From contig OX638156.1 in the NCBI GenBank assembly GCA_951804945.1, positions 29,388,001-29,452,000 of the forward strand: a stretch of 64,000 nucleotides of DNA, written 5' to 3'. The notes beneath the pieces were generated by a model. It did not search any database. It was given only the letters and a program-made list of their open reading frames with translations, and was not told the DNA's origin. This document shows, piece after piece, positions 49,758 to 61,606 of this stretch. How positions within the stretch are numbered: position 1 is the first letter of the stretch; each line of letters begins with the position of its first letter. The position numbers were made by a program, and so were the translations under genes. The DNA is from Podarcis cretensis. Taxonomy: Eukaryota.

Positions 49758-50311
49758 TGTCATAGGCCCTTCAGCTCTGGCATCCACAGACACAAGAGGA
49801 GGAGTACGGAAGTTAGGAGCAGATACGGGGTGGGGGGGTGGGGGGATGGAAGGCAGGCATGCAGGGATGGAAGAGAGAGGCTTGACACGTCTGTTCCCCA
49901 CCTCTCCTGAGGAATGCAGAGCCACATCAGGGTGGGGGGAGGACTTCAGTCAGCCAGGGCTGAACAGGAGGAGATGGAGGCAGAGGGGCACCAAGAACAA
50001 GGTCCCCTTCTGTAGGTACGATCAGATGCACCTACGCAGATGGAGCACACATGCAAGGCTGAACGAAAGGGAGAGTCCCATGAGCAAGCCCTCCGCCATC
50101 TTTATAAACTTGGTTGGAGAGATGTGTCAGCTGTGTGTCATCTTCCTGGCTTCTCTTTATTATGAACGTCTTGCCTTGCCTATGTACTTTGGAATCCTGA
50201 CTTCTGGGCCTCGTTCTTCCTGCTGAGCCTGCACCGCTTTTAGCTTGAATAAAAAGCTCTTCCTTACTTTCGAGTAAGAGCCGCTGTCATGTTTTTCGAC
50301 AGGAACCTGAC
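49758..50311 (+). mobile_element. Possible solo LTR (Gypsy-like)
   Basis: TGTCA...TGACA ends, tttataaa at ~50101, AATAAA at ~50248; TSD not identified. Confidence 0.45.
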
Positions 50312-51021
50312 AGGGAGAAAGAATAATCCCTCTCATGGCAACAGGTTTTTCTTTTTTAAAAAGAAAATCACAGGTGTGCGAACTTATTGTTTATGGGGAA
50401 ATGTACAACTAGGAGGTGGAAAACTTCTCATTCGCAGTTCGTTAATTGAATAGACATTTCATTTCTTTTAGTCCAATATGGCCAAGCTAAATAGGACCCC
50501 AGAGGAGGTTAACGTCCTGTGTACCTCCAGAGGTCATGAACCCGCATGTGGTAGCTCAGAAAGGGCAGCCATCACCATGTTTAGCCTGGCAAGCGGTGGA
50601 AAGTGCAAAGCTCTTACAAGTCTGGCTTTGAATGGTCTGAAGCTTGAAGCGAGGGAGGGAGAGACAGAAGTGCAAGTGAGCTGAGGTTCCTGGAGTTCTG
50701 GCAGAACATAGAGAAAAAAACTTGGAGAATGGAAATGAACGTTAAAATGAAATCCTGCTGCTGTTCCATTAAAATGACACAAACTCTTTCCCCGTCATAT
50801 GGTCTATGGCAGACTTGGCCAACCTGGTGCTCTCCAGATGATCTGGACTACAACTCCCATCAGCCCCAGCCAGCATGGCAATGTTCTCCTACACACGATC
50901 GCTGGGAATATAAGGGTTCAGGTGGTCGCTAAGGTACCCTGGACCTAAGTTGTTCAGGGCTTTGTAAATTAATACAAGGACCTTGAACCTTTGCCAAAAC
51001 TGCAGTAAAACTGTGTCTGTT

Positions 51022-51479
51022 TGCAACAACGGCCGCAAGGGTCCTATTGGCTCAAAACTGGAAACAACAGAACATACCGACGCTTGAGGAATGGAGAGCA
51101 AAACTATTAGAATACGCGGAGATGGATAGAATGACGGGGAAAATTAGATATTTAAAAGACCAAAGGTTCATTGAGGATTGGGGGAAATTCGTGGAATATC
51201 TGGAAAATATAAGTGAAGGTCAGATAATGCTAGTTGGGTTTAAAAAAGCTCTGTGAAAAGGTTGGAATATTGTCTAAAGAGAAAAAGAAGGAAAGAGAAA
51301 ATAATGTCAATATAAGCCAGGATTTGTGTGAATTTGTTAAATTAGGGTATGGATGATTTGAGGGGAAGCTGAAGGAAGTCTTATAGAAAGAAATCTGTGA
51401 CAACAAGGTGTAAATTGCTGTATTTTTTGTTTGTTTGTTATGATTTAAAAAACAATAAAAATTATGCAGAAAAAAAAAC
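51022..51479 (+). mobile_element. L1-type LINE 3' fragment adjacent to a minus-strand L2 relic (50900-51000)
   Basis: ORF2 C-terminus AQNWKQQNIPTLEEWRAKLLEYAEM...WGKFVEYL; AATAAA plus poly(A); TSD ctgtgtctgtt. Confidence 0.85.
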
Positions 51480-52779
51480 CTGTGTCTGTTAGGAGACATG
51501 AGCACTTAACGAATGAGGGCTTTAAGAAAGTACAAACTGCTGCAGAAATGTCAGGGACAGGATTTCAGACTGGGAAAACGAGAAACCTGAGAGGAACCAA
51601 AACTGACAGATTTGTCCAGCTGAGCTTGATGACGCTTACGCCAAAGTAAGTTGACATTTGGGTGGAAGAAAATGTGATATGCAAGGCTGGTCCAGCCATT
51701 TGGCAGAGTGAGTCAGTCGCTTCAGGTGGCAAATGCTGAGTGTCAGTGGAAGCCCCAATGCCAGCTTCCTCTGTTTATTAGGAGACAGTCGCTTTAAAAT
51801 GCTGATGAATTTTCATGAGGATTTTTAAACTCTCCCTCCCTGTCCCTGCAAGTTGTTGCAGAAATGTGGGGAGCTGAATTTAAGATTGGAAAAATGAGAA
51901 GCGGAGAGAAGCAAAATGGACAATTCCCTCTATTCCAACATTTGAGTAAATCTTTGGTTTGGATTGGGGTATTAGCTCCCTCTCCCTACTTGCATTGTAG
52001 GAGAGTGTGTGATAAAATAGGTAATGAAAAAGATCTCCCACCTCTTTGTATTTTTCAAAGTATGGAAAAAGTACATAAATGCCTTATTGCTGCAGATGAA
52101 GGTGCATTTTAAAGCAAAGCCACCTGGTTTCAAAGAGCATTCCAAGTCCTAATTGCTCTTAATAGCTTGGTTCCCCCCGCCCCCCCCCCCAGTGGAACCA
52201 ACCACTCTAGAGGGTCCCTTGTTTAGAGAGCATAACTACTTACAATCCAGTATTCAACAGCAAGGCAGGAAAGGGCTTGGAGCTCAGCAGTGTACCATCT
52301 GCTCACATGCAGAAGGCCACTGGTTCAAACCCTGGCATAGAATCTTAGAATTGCAGAGTTGGAAGGGACTCCAAGACTCATCAAGCCCTAACTGTTTGCA
52401 ATGCAGGATTCTCAGCCAAAGCATCTAAGTCAGCAGAGATATTATTGCAGTGGAAAAACACCAGCAGGAGCGCTGGATTGGTTCTGCTGGTGTGTTGGCT
52501 CCACTGGGCGTTTGCACCACACCCACCTCCCTGCCACCTCACCTTTCTCCCTCCCAGTAAGTGACGGTGACCCACCTGCCAGAAAGATGGCACAGCAGCT
52601 CCAGTGCACCCAGCAAGCTACTTCTAGCAGCAGCTTCCAGTGGAGAGGCTTTGCACACATTTTATGGGGACAGGCTGTAAGCCAGGACTGTAGCAGATGC
52701 TTTCAAGGTGGCCACTTATGCATGACCAGAAAGGAGAACAAGTGAGGACACAGATTTGCAGAACATCTCTATATGCTAA

Positions 52780-53030
52780 TATATATGCATGGATCCAAAT
52801 TTTGCTATGTGCTATACCTGGGGCTGCTCTTGAAGACAACTCAGAAACTTCAACTGGTTCAAAATGCAGTAGCCAGATTACTGTCTGGGGTTCCATTTAG
52901 AACTCATATCACTCATGTTTTAAAACAGCTGCATTGACTGCCAGTTCATTCCCGGCCCAATTCAAGAGGCCCATGTTAGTGTTAAAGCCCTAAGTCACCC
53001 AGACCCCGAATATCTAAGAGACGGCATTCC
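52780..53030 (+). mobile_element. Degraded L2 fragment
   Basis: Nucleotide similarity to 22570-22810. Confidence 0.65.
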
Positions 53031-54489
53031 CTACACTTGCTTTGCATGCAGAAGGTCCCAGGTTCAATTCTCGAATATCCAGGCAGGCATTGGAAATAGT
53101 TTCCTGCCTGAAACCCTGGAGAGCCACAGCCAGCCAATATAGACAATACTGAGTTAATGTCCAAAAGTCGTACATACATAATTTTATTTGTATGCCGCCT
53201 TTCCACAGTGCAAACCATGCTCAAGGCGGCTTGCAACATGAAAAAATGCATAAATGCAATATAACAGAAGTAGTCGTGAACAATAAAGAAAACAATAACA
53301 AATGCACAACCAAACTGAGCAATTTTCACATAAATCACAACAAGATCTAAAATAAAAGTGTAAGGCAGCTTCCTGTGGTCACCAGCTTATTTGTACAGGA
53401 ATAATGTTTTCAAAAGTAAGGGATGCCTTGCATATTGTTCCTTGCAGGACCTAAAACTTTGCAACGTAATGCATGCCTTCTACTTCAATTTTCTCTTTTG
53501 GTCAAAAACGTTATTTATGTTTTTGCTGTTTTTGATTTGATTTGATCTTGCTGATACAAATTTGTGGGGTGTTTTTGTCTCTGGCAGATTCCAAGAGAAA
53601 AGGAGTATGATTGAATTGTAATACTTTTTACCCAAAGAAGATGGACAATAATTGCATTTTCAAGCTCCTAAATGTAATCTTTTGTCTATCTAATCTTGGA
53701 GAACAAGTGGGATGAGGCATGTCCCTATGTGCCGAGAGAGAAGGTAAGTTGCAATACTATTGATATGCTATTATTTTCCATCTTTATTTATCCCTAGATG
53801 CACTAGGAATCACTCCCTCCAGACCATTCATAATTGAGAAATGCTTTTAAGACCTTTAAGAGATGAATACTGCATTTTGCAAGGTGCCTATTTGATTGTC
53901 TCCAGGAGTCATGTTGATGGACGACTCAGTTCGTATCTTCTTAAGGAACCTAGCAGCAAAGTGAATGGATAAGGAACAAGGATTTGAGCTTCTCACTTGG
54001 CAATCATGACTGTCCCAATCAATTTGAAATGGGGAGATCTTAAGAACTAGAGAGACACAGAGGCATTACAAGGCTCTCTATTATAATAGGAGAATTCAAA
54101 GGGCCAGTGTGAAGTGTCTGATAATTTTTACAGCAGCCTTTGCTAGCGTGATGTTCTCAATACGTTTTTGTTTTTATTTTTTACTACAGCTCCCATCAGC
54201 CATGTTGGATAATTGATGGGAGTTGTAGTCTTGCAAAACATCTGGAGGACACAAAGTTGAGGAAAGCTGCTTTTGAGCAATTAGGTTCTGTGTTGGGTAC
54301 TTAGTGTGGGTTCCCCTACTGACTAATCTGAATCTATGCATAAAAGTGTTAAATTAGGACTTAGAAGACCTAGGTTTGAATCTCTACTTGGCCATGAATC
54401 TCACTTGTGACTCTCAGCCTAGCCTACCTCACAGGGTTGTTGTGAGGACAAATTGAATAGGAGGAGAGCCAAATAGTAATACATGCAAC

Positions 54490-54930
54490 CAGTGTGTTTT
54501 TTTCCACAGAAAAAGGTGCCAGAATGCACCTCTCTCAGAAGACCCACCCTAGAGCCCAAAGTGGATCTCTCTGGGGTCAGGGTTTGTGTGTCTCCTCATC
54601 AGCCAGAAGCTTGTTGAGGCTGCTCTGCTGAGGTTCCTGTGCCTCAGAGCAGCTGAATGAGGCCTCACCCAAGCCCTCTCTGGCTCCTGTGAGCCAGAAC
54701 AGCTGGGAGCTTGCTCAGCTGAGGTGCAGCTTTCCCGCACATCAGCTGTTAGCTGGGAAACTGAAGAGCCTCAGCAAAGCCCTGTTGTGCCTCAGGCTCA
54801 TGAGAAGACCCTCTCTGGACCACATAGAGGATGTTTACTGGCTGATCAGGTCTCTTCCCACACTACCAGGGCTCAGCTAAGAGGTGCTGGAACGCTGTTC
54901 TGGAGAGTTGCGGCTGGAAAAAAAGTCCTG
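54490..54930. mobile_element. hAT-type non-autonomous element
   Basis: TIR-like cagtgtgtttttttc / gaaaaaaagtcctg; 8-bp TSD catgcaac/cgtgcaac. Confidence 0.65.
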
Positions 54931-57617
54931 CGTGCAACAACCAATTTACACGCTTTCCATTGACACATGATCGTGCACATGCGCATCACACTGAACCCGC
55001 AGGTGACCTTCCAAATGGCAAAAACGGCCCTAAAAGAGCCTAGAAAGGGCAAAAAGGTGTGAAAACAGTGCCTAGCAATCCTACAAGCCTTTGCAAGTGC
55101 AATCCCAGGAGCCCTTGCACCAACGGTTGAGGTCTGTGGAGAGTACAGGTTTGAGCAAGGAAGTTTGGAGGGAACGATTGTAGTGGAGTTTGGTGTTTGG
55201 TAAAATGTTGCTGGTTTTTTAAAGGGTTTTGCAAAGGTTTCAAGTGGTTTAGAGAGTGTTTCCAGGCTTTTTTTGATGGTGTTTCAAATATACATAAACA
55301 CGCGGTGCCTTGGAACATAACCCCTGTGTAAATTGGGAGTTGTCTGCAGCAGCAATAATAATGATAATATTTATCTGTCCTTCACTCAGTATGCCTCTGA
55401 ATGTCAATTGCTGGGCAGAGTGCTATTACATCCTCCTTTACAGGCTTCCAAGAGGCATGTGGTTGGCCACTGTGAGAACAAAATGTAGGGCTAGAGGGGT
55501 CTTTGGCCTGATCCAGCAGGGCTTTTCATAAGTTCTTATGCAGTGCTGACTCCAGATTTTAGAGGGTCCTTCCAGCAAGACACTTCCCATGTCCCCCCCT
55601 TTCTCAGTGAAGCTACTACCCCACTGCCATTATCACCAGCTACTGCTGCTCCTTTGCCACCTTCACTCACTTGCCTGCCAGGGAGAGACCCAAGGAATGA
55701 GTGTCGGCATCTGGGGGTTGAAAGGCCAGCTGGCTAGCTCCCAGCTAGCCCCTCTCAGCCATCACGCTGCGGAGATTCATCAACCTCTGGCTCTGACGTA
55801 AATCAGCGACTCAAGCTTGCTGCCTTGAGTACACTATACATAGCAGCGTAAACTGCACAACAGAAAGCCTGAGGCTGTGGATACATACTAAAACTACGGA
55901 TTTATTTTACATAAATCAGAAAAAAACATGTCATCTCTCCTTGCTATCTACTCAGAGAGACTAAAAAAAAGCAATAAACAGAGCGAAAGTCCGCTCATGG
56001 GACCCAGCAATCTGTGCTGGAAAGTAAACAGACATGTGACATGCAACAATCCCATGTCTTCAACAAAATGTGGAATGGAATCTCCCAACATCAAGCAAGT
56101 GTTATTACCTCCTGCTCTTCCTTCTCACCACCACTGCTGTCTGGGCCAGAGTGAGAGGTGAGCAGACAAGCAAGCAGGTTGGAAGCGTGAAGAGGTGGAT
56201 CAGGTTCAGGCGGGCTCTGCTCAATGTGTACAGTCAGCTAGTGCCCATCAGTTCCAGCTCATTGTGCCAGTCCTGGTGCTGGAAGACCGCTACCCCTTTG
56301 GTCTGTGGAAGGGGTGGAGGACCCTTTTCAGCCAAAGCACCACATTCTGTTCAGGGCAACCTTCTGAGGGCCGCATGCCATTGGTTGGCAGAGCCAGAGG
56401 CAAAAGTAGGCAGGGCAGCAAATATAAATATCACTGTTGTAGAGTGGTCTAGCTTCTACACGTACATACTCAACCATTCCTCTCTATCCTCCATGCAGGC
56501 AAACAAAAAACATTACCGGAGGTCAAGGACACATTCTGCCAAGCATAAGCATTCAGTGAAGCAGGGTCAGTGAAGGGTGTGGCCTGTTCTAAGGGCCAGA
56601 TAGACAAGCTTGGAGGGCTGCATTTCTCTGATAAAAATAGGGACGTCCTAAGGAAAAGTGGGACATTGTAGGGTCAAATTGGAAACTGGGACAGCTTCTG
56701 TAAATCTGGGATTGTCCCTGGAAAATAGGGACAATTGGAGGGTCTGGTGAAAGAAGCTTCACCTGCTGGTTTCTCTCCTGTCCTGTTGGGGCTCCTGGCT
56801 TGCGCCATTCCTGTTAAACAGCTCCAGTGTATCTTTGGCACAATCTTTTGCAACAGAAAGCAATTATAGCTAACGGCTCCAAAGCTCTACCTACCGAACC
56901 TGATCTGCCTTGTCATGTCCCATTAACTTCGCCTTCAACTCTAATCCTTGCCCCTGTAGTATATAATGAAAGACATTCAAATATATGTATCAAAATGGCA
57001 TCCGTATTGATTTATTAATGCTAGGGAATGCTGTCCTAATTGAATTGAGATCCAGGAAGCAAGTTAATGTAGCTAACAGTGATACAGGAATTCAATCTCC
57101 CCAGTGCCAAGAATTATGACTTTTTTTTTGGCCGTCTTTGTTGGCAGTTAGATAAATAACAAATCGATGTGGATTTCAATGAGCTTTCTTAAAAGGCAGA
57201 GACGGAGCTGAAGGAACAAGCCTGGCATTTAGCAACCGAGGAAAAGTTTAAAGAGTTTTCTAAAGGGAATAAAGGAAATTGGGGAGTTTTTGGAAGGGGG
57301 TTGATGTGTGGTATCTTCGAAAGAAAGGGGCTGTGTTCACTGGGTCTGGCACTTGCTAACAGAAGGGTGGTGAAGGTTCAGGCAGCCTGAAGCCCACAGG
57401 GCCTAGTTTGAGGAGGAGGAGAGGGTTTTGCATATGCTCAGAGGCACTCTCACCCACAGCCAGCCTGTAAATACATACGGCTGCCTTATAACTATGCCAG
57501 ATGGCTGATTGAGAACTGGAGAGCTCGTGAAATGTAGCAATTAAGAGGCTGAACTATAAAGCAGGAAATCCTAAGTCTGAATCTCACCCCTGTGAACTCA
57601 CTAGTTGATCTTAAGCA

Positions 57618-58339
57618 ATCATAGAATCATAGAATCATAGAGTTGGAAGAGACAACAAGGGCCATCGAGTACAACCCCCTGCCAAGCAGGAAACACCATC
57701 AGAGCACTCCTGACATATGGTTGTCAAGCCTCTGCTTAAAGACCTCCAAAGAAGGAGACTCCACCACACTCCTTGGCAGCAAATTCCACTGTCGAACAGC
57801 TCTTACTGTCAGGAAATTCTTCCTAATGTTTAGGTGGAATCTTCTTTCTTGTAGTTTGGAACCATTGCTCCGTGTCCGCTTCTTTGGAGCAGCAGAAAGC
57901 AACCTTTCTCCCTCCTCTATGTGACATCCTTTTATATATTTGAACATGGCTATCATATCACCCCTTAACCTCCTCTTCTCCAGGCTAAACATGCCCAGCT
58001 CCCTTAGCCGTTCCTCATAAGGAATCGTTTCCAGGCCTTTGACCATTTTGGTTGCCCTCCTCTGGACACGTTCCAGTTTGTCTGTGTCCTTCTTGAACTG
58101 TGGTGCCCAGAACTGGACACAGTACTCCAGGTGAGGTCTGACCAGAGCAGAATACAGTGGCACTATTACTTCCCTTGATCTAGATGCTATACTCCTATTG
58201 ATGCAGCCCAGAATTGGAGTATAGCATCTAGATCAAGGGAAGTAATAGTGCCACTGTATTCTGCTCTGGTCAGACCTCACCTGGAGTACTGTGTCCAGTT
58301 CTGGGCACCACAGTTCAAGAAGGACACTGACAAACTGGA
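57618..58339 (-). mobile_element. Young CR1 LINE 3' fragment with an inverted duplication at its 5' end
   Basis: [39 protein letters not shown]; (ATTCTATG)n tail; 58216-58339 is the reverse complement of 58072-58195. Confidence 0.92.
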
Positions 58340-59021
58340 TCAGTCCCATCCTTCCACCTGTAATAGGGAGATAATGACACTGCCCTGCCCTGGAAGGCTG
58401 TTATGAGCATTAGTGAGATAATGAAACCCTTTGAAAACTCCAGAGTGTTAAAATAATGGCCAAATATTACTGAGATGTTGAGAGAGAGGGATCTCTAACA
58501 GAATGCTCAGTATCATCACCAAACAGCGGCTCCTAGGTGAAGACTATAATTCTTTGGTGGAGGCTGTAACTTAGCATTCTTGCTAAGCCATAGTTTGGCT
58601 TAGCATTACGTGCAAACGAGCCTATGAATGGAGAGTGGATTCATTCTTGTCTCTAGCACACATCCATGTAAAAAGCATGCATGTGAACACTAGGATAACA
58701 CAGAATGCATAGCCTGCCATTTTATTTGCTCATTGTGAACCATTTCATAATAGATTTTAGGACAGATATGTTTCTCCAGCAAATCTTTCATCTAAAGAAA
58801 AGAAAACCCACTTGGCTTTTAAAACAGTAGGATAAGTTTTGTAGAGGAAATGACGACATGAAACAACAAATGAAATAAAGGGTTTTATCAAATGTTAATT
58901 TTACTCCTAGACCTATTGGAATTAATGGAAAAGATGAACTTAGATCTATTAATTTCAATGCATCTACTCTGAGTAGAACTTAGAGCAACAATTTTGGGGA
59001 CAGCCACCATCAGTAAGAGTA

Positions 59022-59255
59022 TACAGTCGTACCTTGGATCCCAAACGCCTTGGTATTCAGACGTTCTGGCTCCTGAATGCTGCAAACCCAGAAGTGACTG
59101 TTCCATTTTGCAAACATTCTTTGGAACCTGAACGTCTGACAGGGCTTCCGTGACTTCCTGCAGCCAATCAGAAGCCACGCTTTGGTTTCCGAATGTTTTG
59201 GAAGTTGAACGGACTTTCGGAATGGATTCCATTTGACTTCCAAGGTACGACTGTA
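59022..59255. mobile_element. Tc1/mariner-type MITE
   Basis: Perfect TIRs tacagtcgtaccttgga / tccaaggtacgactgta. Confidence 0.85.
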
Positions 59256-59348
59256 AATGGATTACAAGCATATTTTAATAAGTATAACATTTTAGGGCAT
59301 GACACAAATAGGACTTGGTGTTGTTCTGTTAAAATGAGAAGAGCCTTG

Positions 59349-59693
59349 CAGGGTGTAGCTAGCTGCTCCAGCACCCAGAGTGGTGTGGGTGGGTGTGAGC
59401 TGCCCATGGGAGTGCCCTGGCGATCCTTGCACGGGGGTGGCACAGCAATCCACCCAGGGGAGTGGTGCGGCAAACTGCCCATGGAGTCCACCTGGTGGAC
59501 ACAAGCCCCACGCTGCTGTTTTGGGCAGCGCGGGGCCCCTAACCACCGTGTCACTCCCAGGAGAGAAGCATGGCTCAGGCACGCTGCAGGCCAGGCCCCA
59601 TGGTAAGTGCCACCCCCGCGGTGTGCCATTTTGCCACCGCCCTCAAGGATGACACCCGGGACCCACCCCCGCACCTCCCTTCCTACGCCCCTG
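59349..59693. mobile_element. hAT-type MITE
   Basis: TIRs cagggtgtag / ctacgcccctg; perfect 8-bp TSD gagccttg. Confidence 0.8.
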
Positions 59694-60934
59694 GAGCCTT
59701 GCCAATACAGTTCTGTTTTCAGAACAAGAAGCCCTAAATAGCATGAACATCATGGGTGCTAGCCAATAGGCACTCTTCACTGTTGCTTTCCCCCTGATTC
59801 CAATTTAACTGTGCTGAAAATGTGCAGAACCCAAGCTTGCCCTGGAACTGACAAAGATACACACTGAGATTGCTATACATTTATAGCACATTTAAAGCAC
59901 ATTAACTGTGCTCGTATCTGGCTTCCCTTAAATAATCTTGGGGGAACTGATGTTTATCCCTCACAGAGTCGCAGTTCCCAGTGCCCTTATCAAACAACAG
60001 TTCTCAGGATCTTTAGGAGAAGTCATGGGTTTAAAAGACCCATGGCTTCGCCCAAAGAATCCTGGGAACTGTGCTTTAAATGTATGGTGCATAGATAGGA
60101 CCAGAAAGTCAGTTCTTGAAATGTTCCATCTCTGCACTTGTAGCCCAAATAATTTCTCTCTGTGCATATATAATATTGAGGATTGTAGATATTATATTTT
60201 ATAGCTTTGTCCACATCAAAATATGCAAACACATATGTCCCCACTCTCTAGTGTCCTTCTGGAATATTCTGTAAGTGATAAATCCATTTTATGCCTGGAA
60301 TCATTTCGCCCCGCTGGAGCTGATATGGTCAAGCAGCTCAGAAGCCTGAGTTAATTAAATCAACAGCTAAGAGTGCAGGTTACCCACAAAAGTGAACTTT
60401 GGTGCCCCTAAAACCACTTGCCCAGAGAAGGGCTGGGAAAAAAAAACAGAAGTAAGTAACCACAGTTGAAGTAAAATGGAAAAAGAAATCATCAGCTCTA
60501 TACCACTTTGGCTGGCTGGCCACAGGTATCAGGATATTAATTGCTCTTTGATTTGATTTTGTTGTGGGATTAAGGGCACATTGTGGCTTCTGTAGGTATC
60601 TCAGATGCTGTAAGGATGGAAGCGAAATCCCTCCACAGCACAGCTTCTTGTCGCCTCATGGAATCTACGATGTTGCTTCTCCAGGAACCATCAAAGCCCT
60701 TCATTCTCATCTTCAATCCAGTCTTTTCCAGTATTTTTATCTGGGTAGAAGAAAGGAGTTGGGGCTTATGGAAAAGCATTTAAAAGCACATGGTTGCATG
60801 GTGGAGGGCAGGGGGACAGTGAACTGCATCATTGGTGGGAAGGGCACTTCTCCTGTTAGGTATTTCTGTCCTACCTTTTCCCCAAGGAACCCAGCATGGC
60901 CCATACAGTTCTCTTCCTCCTCCTCCTCCTCCTC

Positions 60935-61075
60935 CACATTTTATTCTCACAACCACCCTGTGAGGTAGGTTGGGTTGAGTTTAAGGCCTAAGGTGAACTT
61001 TGTGGCTGAGTGGGGATTTGAACCCCGGGCTCCCAGGTCCTAGTCCAACACTCTAGCCACTACACCACACTGGCT
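60935..61075 (-). mobile_element. Older tRNA-derived SINE (Squam3/MIR-like)
   Basis: Similar to the head of 36478-36727 (ccactacaccacactggct). Confidence 0.65.
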
Positions 61076-61606
61076 TGCCTTTGGGATAGGGTGTGCATGT
61101 GTCCTACTTTACAGAGGGCATTTTCCATTTGAAGAACTGTCTTGTCCAAGTCAGGTTTAAAAGTAAAGTGCCCTTGGAAGGGAGAGCAGGAGCGCCATAA
61201 AATGCCCCATCAACACTGAGCACCTGGACAGCAGGCTAAGAAGGCACACAGGTCATCTGGTCACTATGGCGAAATCTTCTGTATTTCTATTTAAATCAGA
61301 GTCGTTATTTCTACATATTTGCCAATGCATGTACGGTAAATGGGTGCATGTCAATTGTACGCAAATTGGTGTCCTCTTCAATCCTTCTTTTCTGGTGACA
61401 TGAAAGTGGCCACCCTGCTTCACAAATGCATGGACTACTTTTAAAATTGCAGAACGGGATAACAGGATGCCCCTGTTTGCTGAGCTGTTCATCCCCCTTG
61501 CTATATAAATGCAAAGACTGTTGGAATGCAAATTCCTGCTGGAAGCAGACCAGCCATTAGAGGATTACTTCTTCACCAGAGCAACCAGAGATAGGCTGCC
61601 CTCTCT

